Shown in pieces: positions 1-4,576 of a DNA stretch of 5,058 bases. The notes under the pieces were generated by a model. The model made no database searches. It was not told where the DNA came from and was given only the letters and a program-made list of their open reading frames with translations. Position numbers and translations under genes: made by a program. Position 1 is the first letter of the stretch, and every line of letters begins with the position of its first letter. Source of the stretch: an uncultured archaeon (GTDB lineage Archaea > Iainarchaeota > Iainarchaeia > Iainarchaeales > CSSED10-239). Location of the stretch: the NCBI GenBank assembly GCA_964591795.1, contig CAZQEL010000036.1, positions 1 through 5,058 on the forward strand, given 5' to 3'.

Positions 1-1035
1 TATAAATGGTTTTTCAGGATCATTAGGTATTGCATTTTTGTTAACTGAAATATTACATTTTTCTAATAATTCTTCTGCTTTTTTACCTGTTATTTTTTTT
101 GATCTTAAATCAATTAATATTAAATGATTATCAGTTCCGTTTGTTACTAAATTAAATCCATAATTTAATAATTCTTGTCCTAATATTTGTGCATTTTTTA
201 TAACTTGTTTTTGATATTTTCTAAATTCAGGTTTTAATGCTTCTAAAAAGCAAATTGCTTTTCCAGCAATAATATGTTCCAGTGGCCCTCCTTGAAAACC
301 AGGAAAACAAGCTTTATCTATTTTTTTAGATATTTCTTCATTATTTGTAATTATAAATCCACCCCTAGGACCTCTTAATGTCTTGTGAGTGGTAGAAGTA
401 ATTATATCTGCATATTCAATTGGAGATTGATGTAATCCTGTAGCAACAAGTCCGGCTATATGTGCTATATCAACCATTAAATAAGCACCTATAGAAGATG
501 TAATTTCTTTAAATCTTTTAAAATCAATTTTTCTAGGATAGGCTGAAGCTCCTGCAATAATTAGTTTTGGTTTTATTTCTTTTGCAATTTTTTCTAGATT
601 ATCATAATCAATAAAACCTTTGTCATTAACTCCATATGAATATGAATCATAGATTTTTCCAGAAAAATTTATTTTATAACCATGAGTTAAATGGCCACCA
701 GCATCTAAAGACATTCCTAGTATTTTATCTCTTGGGTTTAATATAGAAAAATATGCAATTTCATTTGCATTTGATCCAGAATGAGGTTGAACATTTGCAA
801 ATTTAACATTAAATAATGATTTACAAGAATCAATAGCAATTTGTTCAATTTGATCTACAAATTCACATCCTGAATAATATCTTTTATTTGGATATCCTTC
901 TGCATATTTATTTGTTAAAACAGATCCACATGCATCTCTAATATTTTTAGATGTAATATTTTCAGATGCTATTAGTTCAATAGTATTTTGTTGTCTTTCT
1001 TTTTCCTTATTTATTAAATCAAATATTTCTGTCAT
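1..1035 (-). CDS. glyA: Serine hydroxymethyltransferase (SHMT), first 345 codons; the C-terminus lies beyond the left window edge
   Basis: The minus-strand frame is open from ATG 1035..1033 to base 1 (345 codons, exactly in phase with the edge). It is absent from the ORF track because no stop lies in the window. My translation is [64 protein letters not shown]...[10 protein letters not shown]...DAGGHLTHG...[12 protein letters not shown]...[16 protein letters not shown]...[11 protein letters not shown]. These are hallmark SHMT motifs, including the PLP-binding Lys in T-T-H-K (Lys218, codon 382..384). SHMTs are usually about 410-420 aa, so roughly 70 residues are missing. Confidence 0.93.
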   Translation of the reverse strand, partial: MTEIFDLINKEKERQQNTIELIASENITSKNIRDACGSVLTNKYAEGYPNKRYYSGCEFVDQIEQIAIDSCKSLFNVKFANVQPHSGSNANEIAYFSILNPRDKILGMSLDAGGHLTHGYKINFSGKIYDSYSYGVNDKGFIDYDNLEKIAKEIKPKLIIAGASAYPRKIDFKRFKEITSSIGAYLMVDIAHIAGLVATGLHQSPIEYADIITSTTHKTLRGPRGGFIITNNEEISKKIDKACFPGFQGGPLEHIIAGKAICFLEALKPEFRKYQKQVIKNAQILGQELLNYGFNLVTNGTDNHLILIDLRSKKITGKKAEELLEKCNISVNKNAIPNDPEKPFI

Positions 1036-1718
1036 TTATTATCCATTTTTGTAATAACCTTTTTTAATATATTTACAGAAATTTCATTTCTTGTTTTTAT
1101 GTTTTTTTCTTGAGATGAACAATCAATTTTAATCCAATCGTATTTTTTTGCAACATATAAAAAAGACTCTGACGCTTTTTTCATATGTTCAGGGTCTTTT
1201 TCATGAATATCATTATTTTTAACATTATTTGTGAATTTTTCTGATTTATTTTCTTGTGCTAATTTTCTTGCAATTTCAGGATCTAAATATAAAAATATAT
1301 TTATGTCTGGTTTTGGTATATTAAAAATATTATATTCTAAATCAAATAACCAATCTAAAAATTTATCTCTTTCATCTAAATTATCAATTTTTCCTGCTTG
1401 GTGTCCCATATTTGCAGAAACATATCTGTCACACAAAACAATTTTACCTTCATTGAGCCATTGTTTTATTTTAAAAGAAGCTGCATATCTATCTACAGCA
1501 TAAAGAATAGATGCTTGATATGGAGTAACTTGGTTAGCATTACCATATTTTCCATTTAGATATTCTTCAGTAGGTGCTGCTGATTTTAAACCGTATTGAG
1601 GAAAATCAATTGTTTTAACAAGAAAACCTTTTTTTTCTAAATTTTCTTTTAAAAGCATGGTCTGAGTATGTTTTCCAGAACCATCAGTTCCATCTATTAC
1701 AATTAATTTACCTTTCAT
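1032..1718 (-). CDS. tmk: Thymidylate (dTMP) kinase
   Basis: A 228-aa ORF. It has the N-terminal P-loop [14 protein letters not shown] (nt 1668..1694), the [13 protein letters not shown] 'DRY' motif, and the overall length and layout of Tmk. The start ATG 1718..1716 overlaps the upstream TGA stop, and its own TGA stop 1034..1032 overlaps the glyA ATG. Both junctions read ATGA. Confidence 0.9.
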   Translation of the reverse strand: MKGKLIVIDGTDGSGKHTQTMLLKENLEKKGFLVKTIDFPQYGLKSAAPTEEYLNGKYGNANQVTPYQASILYAVDRYAASFKIKQWLNEGKIVLCDRYVSANMGHQAGKIDNLDERDKFLDWLFDLEYNIFNIPKPDINIFLYLDPEIARKLAQENKSEKFTNNVKNNDIHEKDPEHMKKASESFLYVAKKYDWIKIDCSSQEKNIKTRNEISVNILKKVITKMDNK

Positions 1719-2122
1719 AATAATTCACTTAATTTTTTATAAACTTCTTCTATTTTTTTATAAATAATTACTTTAAAATTCTTATTTCCAGAAATCATTG
1801 CTGATAATTTTTTTCCTTCTTTTTCTCTATAAAGACAAATTATTTTTTTATTTAAATTTTCAGCAAGTCCAAGTTCATAACCTACACCTAAAGATACTTG
1901 AGTAACTTCTGCAATTAAAACATCACTTTCTTTTATCCAAGCGACATCTCTTGTATATATTTCTTCTCTAGTTAAATTTGTTTCACCATAACTAGATAAA
2001 TTAGAATTAGCTATATGCTCAGTTAATACTTTACCTTTAGTTTTAAGATAATTAATTATTTCAAAATATATTGATTGATCATTTCGACCACCACTAATTG
2101 ATCCAGTAAAGTATATTTTCAT
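1715..2122 (-). CDS. 2'-deoxynucleoside 5'-phosphate N-hydrolase (DNPH1/Rcl-like), nucleoside 2-deoxyribosyltransferase superfamily
   Basis: A 135-aa ORF. The blocks MKIYFTGSISGGRNDQ, GKVLTEHIA, DVLIAEVTQVSLGVGYELGLA and LSAMISG match, from memory, the conserved blocks of animal DNPH1/Rcl (YFCGSIRGGREDQ, GKVLTEHVA, DVVVAEVTQPSLGVGYELGRA, LSAMIRG). The putative catalytic Glu lies in GYELG (Glu83, codon 1874..1876). Confidence 0.85.
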   Translation of the reverse strand: MKIYFTGSISGGRNDQSIYFEIINYLKTKGKVLTEHIANSNLSSYGETNLTREEIYTRDVAWIKESDVLIAEVTQVSLGVGYELGLAENLNKKIICLYREKEGKKLSAMISGNKNFKVIIYKKIEEVYKKLSELL

Positions 2123-2146
2123 ATTTTATCTTTTCCAAATATACTA

Positions 2147-2157
2147 TTATAAATAAA
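2147..2157 (-). promoter_or_regulatory. TATA-box-like element (TTTATTTATAA) for the DNPH1-like/tmk/glyA unit
   Basis: On the minus strand, TTTATTTA occupies 2157..2150. Its first T is 35 nt upstream of the A of ATG 2122, and it is preceded by the A-rich TAAAAAC. There is no GGAGG-like site before the ATG. The same octamer sits at the same offset before ATG 3610, which supports the call. The AT-rich background limits confidence. Confidence 0.4.
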
Positions 2158-2218
2158 GTTTTTATAACAATCTATTTTATGTAGCTTAAAATTGTATTTT
2201 TATTAAAAAAACAAGGTT

Positions 2219-2226
2219 TTTATTTA
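2219..2226 (+). promoter_or_regulatory. Possible plus-strand TATA-like box (TTTATTTA) for a cryptic small-ORF transcript
   Basis: This is the same octamer found upstream of the annotated unit-initial genes. Here no ATG lies 35 nt downstream. With the usual archaeal TATA-to-TSS spacing, a transcript would start near 2250 and would carry the GGAGG at 2293..2297. Inference only. Confidence 0.25.
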
Positions 2227-2230
2227 AGTT

Positions 2231-2253
2231 TGACTATATATTATATGTAGTCA
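2231..2253. repeat. 23-nt palindrome / hairpin TGACTATATA-TTA-TATGTAGTCA
   Basis: Hand pairing gives a 10-bp stem (9 Watson-Crick pairs plus one T:G position) with a 3-nt loop, and outer arms TGACTA/TAGTCA. It lies between the putative TATA at 2219..2226 and the predicted TSS. It is about 75-105 bp upstream of the minus-strand operon TATA. The sequence is certain; the function (operator or RNA hairpin) is unknown. Confidence 0.5.
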
Positions 2254-2292
2254 GGGTTTTCTGTTATTAGTTATTTTGTAATATACTATAAG

Positions 2293-2297
2293 GGAGG
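2293..2297 (+). promoter_or_regulatory. Shine-Dalgarno-like GGAGG within AGGGAGGAGA
   Basis: This is the only perfect GGAGG in the window. It lies in otherwise unannotated spacer, 9 nt upstream of TTG 2307 and 6 nt upstream of ATT 2304. No annotated ORF in the window has a comparable site. Confidence 0.3.
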
Positions 2298-2306
2298 AGA
2301 CATATT

Positions 2307-2357
2307 TTGAAAGGATTAACTTTTTTGTTTCAAATGATCTTTAAAATTAGTTTTTGA
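2307..2357 (+). CDS. Hypothetical 16-aa hydrophobic micro-ORF (MKGLTFLFQMIFKISF), TTG start
   Basis: TTG lies at canonical spacing from GGAGG, and a TGA stop lies at 2355..2357. The ORF is very short, has a non-ATG start and shows no recognisable homology. It is speculative. Confidence 0.15.
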   Translation: MKGLTFLFQMIFKISF

Positions 2358-2370
2358 AATAATTTTTTTG

Positions 2371-2508
2371 ATGTTACTTGAAAAAATATCAATAATTATT
2401 ATTGTTTTGAAAGTAATAGATAGTTTAATTACAAGTATTGTTTCATTAAAAACTTATCAACTTTATATAATAGTAATAGTTTTACTGATAGTATTTAGTT
2501 TAATTTAG
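2371..2508 (+). CDS. Hypothetical 45-aa small membrane peptide (MLLEKISIIIIVLKVIDSLITSIVSLKTYQLYIIVIVLLIVFSLI)
   Basis: The ATG lies 13 nt after the micro-ORF stop, and a TAG stop lies at 2506..2508. There are two hydrophobic segments. It is below the apparent size cutoff of the ORF track. T-rich codons give hydrophobic residues by default, so it could be a chance ORF. Confidence 0.22.
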   Translation: MLLEKISIIIIVLKVIDSLITSIVSLKTYQLYIIVIVLLIVFSLI

Positions 2509-2588
2509 AAATTGAGTTTAAATCAGTAAATTATTTTATATGGTATCTTATTTTAAAATTAAATAAACTGGATTTAAAATAAATTATG

Positions 2589-2619
2589 TTTTTTTAGAAA
2601 AAACAAAAAATTTAAAAAA
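2589..2619. terminator. Convergent oligo-T tracts (bidirectional termination zone)
   Basis: The plus strand has a T7 run at 2589..2595. The minus strand has three T6 runs (plus-strand A6 at 2598..2603, 2605..2610 and 2614..2619) that begin 16 nt downstream of the GNAT-like stop codon (2635..2637). G-T7-AG-A6-C is also a weak A/U hairpin. Oligo-T is the usual archaeal termination signal. Confidence 0.3.
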
Positions 2620-2634
2620 TATTAATGTAGTATA

Positions 2635-3177
2635 CTATATCTGTTTTTTAAAATAAAGTCTTATATTTTCATCTTTTTTTCCAATAGAAACTAATTTATA
2701 ATTATTTTTTAAAATATTTTTTTTACTATAAATATTATCTGGATGTGCACTAATTACTGAATATTTATAATTAATACTTTTAAGATACTTTTCTCTCAAA
2801 TTTATAAGATAATCTTGAAGTAAATTACCTCTAAGACTTTTTAAAACACCCGCTCCTGCAAATTCAGCTGTAAGGTTCATATCTTTTTTAGATATTTTAC
2901 AATATTTTTTAAAGATATTTTTAAATTTATTTTCTTCTTTAAAACAATAAACAAAAGAATAAGCAATAGGTTTATTTTTATAGTATGTTAAAAAAATAGC
3001 AGACTTAAAATCAAAATCTTTTTTTAATTTATTATAATTATATGGGTAATCAAATTCTTTAGGAGTATCTTCTAAAATTTTTAAATGTAATTTTTTAAAA
3101 ATATGAATTTCTTGTTTATTTATTTTATATGTTTTAAAAACTTTATTATTTAGTTTAATAGAATCAATATATTTCAT
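2635..3177 (-). CDS. GNAT-fold N-acetyltransferase-like protein (substrate unknown)
   Basis: A 180-aa ORF with a TAG stop. The segment AGAGVLKSLRGNLLQDYLINLREKYLKSINYKYSVISAHPDNIYSKKNILKNNYKLV resembles GNAT motif A (V-x-x-x-x-R-G-x-x-L... acetyl-CoA loop) followed by the 'N..S...L.K.G(Y/F)..V' motif B region. The match is by eye at pattern level only. That it is a real coding region is more certain (about 0.8) than the functional call. Confidence 0.5.
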   Translation of the reverse strand: MKYIDSIKLNNKVFKTYKINKQEIHIFKKLHLKILEDTPKEFDYPYNYNKLKKDFDFKSAIFLTYYKNKPIAYSFVYCFKEENKFKNIFKKYCKISKKDMNLTAEFAGAGVLKSLRGNLLQDYLINLREKYLKSINYKYSVISAHPDNIYSKKNILKNNYKLVSIGKKDENIRLYFKKQI

Positions 3178-3231
3178 AAATTATCATTTTTTAATATTAT
3201 TTTTTTGAAAATTTGTATTTTAATTTTCTAA

Positions 3232-3328
3232 TATGTATATAATATTAATATTTTTTAAATATTATATTAGTTTAATTGTTTATATTTATTTCTATTTTTA
3301 AAATAACAATTATGTATATAAATTAATA
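3232..3328 (+). repeat. Imperfect direct repeat TATGTATATAA(T)ATTAATA, two copies 79 bp apart
   Basis: Copy 1 is 3232..3250 (tatgtatataatattaata) and copy 2 is 3311..3328 (tatgtatataaattaata). They are identical apart from one extra T. Both lie inside a spacer of about 6% G+C, so low complexity inflates the chance of such matches. Confidence 0.35.
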
Positions 3329-3398
3329 ATAACTAATTTAAATCTAATTATATAAATATAATTTATAAAGATTAAATAAAAAATATTTTTTTATATAA

Positions 3399-3535
3399 AT
3401 GTATGATATTATTATTGTTGGTGTAGGACCTGTTGGTCCTTTTTTAGTTTTTAAAATAAAATTTTAGAAGTTTTATTAATTGATAAAGGTAATATAGTTA
3501 GGGTTATAATTTCAGAATTTATAGCAATAAGATAA
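3399..3535 (+). pseudogene. Relic of the N-terminus of an FAD/NAD(P)-binding (Rossmann, GxGxxG) oxidoreductase, frameshifted and truncated
   Basis: Frame A, 3399..3467, reads MYDIIIVGVGPVGPFLVFKIKF*, which is beta1 plus G-x-G-x-x-G. The frame shifted by +2 (3455..3535) reads NKILEVLLIDKGNIVRVIISEFIAIR*, which is a beta2 strand ending in an acidic residue (VLLID). Together these give the classic beta-alpha-beta dinucleotide-binding fingerprint, interrupted by a stop and a frameshift. No downstream gene body remains before the next gene at 3610. A TATA-like TTTATAAA sits at 3362..3369. Confidence 0.5.
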
Positions 3536-3574
3536 ATTTTAAGAAAACTTTAGGTTTTTCCCTAATTAAAAAGA

Positions 3575-3582
3575 TTTATTTA
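3575..3582 (+). promoter_or_regulatory. TATA-box-like element (TTTATTTA) for the ArsR-type regulator gene
   Basis: The first T is 35 nt upstream of the A of ATG 3610. It is preceded by the A-rich TAAAAAGA. There is no SD-like site in between. The octamer and offset are identical to the element at 2157..2150. Confidence 0.4.
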
Positions 3583-3609
3583 AAAAATAAAACATTAAAT
3601 AAAGTATAT

Positions 3610-4215
3610 ATGGAAGATGAAAGAATTTTAATTGATAGGCAAACATTGAAAGCCATAGCTTCTGACACTAGAATGGATATTTTAAAACTTATTTATTATA
3701 GAAAATATACTTTGTCAGAGATTTCATTTAAATTAAAACTTTCAGCTCCAACAATTAAAGAACATCTTGTCCATTTAATTAATTCTAATCTTGTTATTCG
3801 TGAAGAATCAAAAAACAAATGGAAATATTATACTTTAACAGATAAAGGTAAAAAATTGGTTAATCCAAAAGAAATAAAAGTTTTGATTTCTTTTATGGTT
3901 AGTTTGTTTGCAACCTTTGGACTTATTGGTTATTATGTTTTTAATTTTGCATTTCAAAAAAGCATGACCACTGGATTTAAAGAATCAGCAATGGCAGTTA
4001 CTTATAATACTAGTATGGACAAAGTTGCAGTTTCAAGTTCTGAAGTATTATCAAAAGGAGTTTCAAATACATTAACTCAAACTTCTTTTTTTAATAAAGA
4101 AATAATGATTGTTATTGGTATTTTTTTTCTACTTTGCTTAACAGTTTTTTTATTAGTTCTAGTTATTAAAGAAAAGAATAAAAATAAAAAGAACTGTATT
4201 AAAATTATTGATTAA
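3610..4215 (+). CDS. Membrane-anchored ArsR/SmtB-type winged-helix transcriptional regulator (N-terminal wHTH plus two TM helices)
   Basis: A 201-aa ORF. Residues ~8-85 (LKAIASDTRMDILKLI..YTLSEISFKLKLSAPTIKEHLVHLINSNLV...KWKYYTLTDKGKKL) fit the ArsR-type HTH pattern. TM1 is at ~aa 91-115 (nt 3880..3954). A Ser/Thr-rich loop spans aa ~116-163. TM2 is at ~aa 165-186 (nt 4102..4167). The tail is Lys-rich (KEKNKNKKNCIKIID). No ArsR/SmtB metal-binding Cys motif is present in the HTH domain. Confidence 0.85.
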   Translation: MEDERILIDRQTLKAIASDTRMDILKLIYYRKYTLSEISFKLKLSAPTIKEHLVHLINSNLVIREESKNKWKYYTLTDKGKKLVNPKEIKVLISFMVSLFATFGLIGYYVFNFAFQKSMTTGFKESAMAVTYNTSMDKVAVSSSEVLSKGVSNTLTQTSFFNKEIMIVIGIFFLLCLTVFLLVLVIKEKNKNKKNCIKIID

Positions 4216-4272
4216 AAAGATCTTATTTTATTCTAAAAAAATACATTTATAAATTCTTTCTTCTTAACTAAT

Positions 4273-4280
4273 ATTATTTA
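4273..4280 (+). promoter_or_regulatory. TATA-box-like element (ATTATTTA) for the small membrane-protein genes
   Basis: It matches TTTATTTA at 7 of 8 positions. Its first base is 35 nt upstream of ATG 4308, the same offset as the elements before ATG 2122 and ATG 3610. Confidence 0.33.
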
Positions 4281-4307
4281 AAATTAAATATATGAGAAGT
4301 ATTAAAT

Positions 4308-4568
4308 ATGGATTTTTGGATAATGTTAGGTTTGACAATAATCATTATTGCTTGGCTTTTACAATTAATGGCTGTATGGGATAAAAAGAATGAAATTAGT
4401 TTATGGTTTATTTTCTTTTATTGTATAGGTGTTATTGCCTTAATAATTGATGGATTTATGACAAATAATGTAGATTCAGCTTTTCTAAATATTATTACAT
4501 TAGTGTTTTCTGGAATTGTATACACTGTGGTAATAACTAATAACAAACAATCAAAAACTAAAAAATAA
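4308..4568 (+). CDS. 86-aa three-TM protein with SemiSWEET / PQ-loop (MtN3-like clan) layout
   Basis: There are three predicted helices (aa ~3-24, 31-50, 57-77). A Gln lies late in TM1 (AWLLQL), followed by K-K-N-E-I-S in the TM1-TM2 loop, a Gly mid-TM2, D-G at the TM2 end, and then D...N-I-I-T-L....G in TM3. Length and spacing resemble bacterial SemiSWEETs as I remember them (..PQ....K....DIS......G.....YG....D.....N..T). The Pro of the PQ motif is replaced by Leu. The family call is pattern-level only. Confidence 0.45.
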   Translation: MDFWIMLGLTIIIIAWLLQLMAVWDKKNEISLWFIFFYCIGVIALIIDGFMTNNVDSAFLNIITLVFSGIVYTVVITNNKQSKTKK

Positions 4569-4576
4569 AAATAAAT

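Noticed and set aside
1231-1503. A 90-aa plus-strand ORF in the supplied track.
   Set aside because: It lies entirely antisense within the well-supported tmk gene. It has no motif, and its composition is typical of the reverse frame of an AT-rich gene (Ser/Leu/Phe/Ile-rich). It is almost certainly a shadow ORF.
1032-2122. The possibility that the extreme AT content indicates a Mollicute-type genome using genetic code 4 (TGA = Trp).
   Set aside because: TGA closes both the DNPH1-like and tmk ORFs exactly at ATGA overlaps with the next start codon, at the lengths expected for these families. Trp is encoded by TGG throughout. Standard code 11 fits.
2123-2300. A riboswitch or leader RNA (for example ZTP/pfl or THF type, which often precede glyA and folate genes) upstream of the DNPH1-like/tmk/glyA unit.
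   Set aside because: The conserved G+C-rich cores of those riboswitches are absent. In addition, the TATA-like element 35 nt from the ATG leaves essentially no 5' UTR in which one could reside.
2421-2505. The 10-mer direct repeat TAGTTTAATT at 2421..2430 and 2496..2505.
   Set aside because: About one such 10-mer pair is expected by chance in 500 bp at this base composition. Both copies fall inside the putative 45-aa small ORF, with no further periodicity.
2140-2638. The octamer TATACTAT occurs three times in or at the edges of the 512-bp spacer (2140..2147, 2282..2289, 2631..2638).
   Set aside because: My rough expectation for some 8-mer recurring three times in about 500 bp of this composition is of order 0.5-1. 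The positions relative to neighbouring features are inconsistent, and one copy overlaps the GNAT-like stop codon.
3178-3398. The ultra-AT-rich repeat-bearing spacer as a replication origin (DUE plus origin-recognition boxes).
   Set aside because: There is no orc1/cdc6 or dnaA gene in the window. There are no ORB-like elements with their characteristic G-string and no DnaA boxes. Only two low-complexity repeat copies are present.
2635-3400. The GNAT-like ORF as the toxin of a GNAT/RHH-type toxin-antitoxin pair.
   Set aside because: No small partner ORF lies upstream or downstream on the same strand. The adjacent 220 bp is saturated with stop codons in all minus-strand frames (frequent TTA on the plus strand). 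The protein also shows no specific resemblance to tRNA-acetylating toxins that I can see.
3425-3445. An intrinsic-terminator-like hairpin AGGACC-TGTT-GGTCCT followed by TTTTT on the plus strand.
   Set aside because: No plus-strand gene lies upstream for it to terminate. The palindromy is a by-product of the codons GGA-CCT-GTT-GGT-CCT (G-P-V-G-P) of the Rossmann-fold relic, and the T-run encodes F-L. I cannot exclude that it stops stray transcription, but the coding-relic explanation accounts for it.
4292-4384. An alternative 30-aa ORF (MRSIKYGFLDNVRFDNNHYCLAFTINGCMG) starting at ATG 4292 and overlapping the 86-aa ORF out of frame.
   Set aside because: It is short and has no motif. Its ATG lies only 12-19 nt from the TATA-like box, so it would be upstream of or at the predicted TSS. 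The overlapping 86-aa frame has coherent three-TM architecture.
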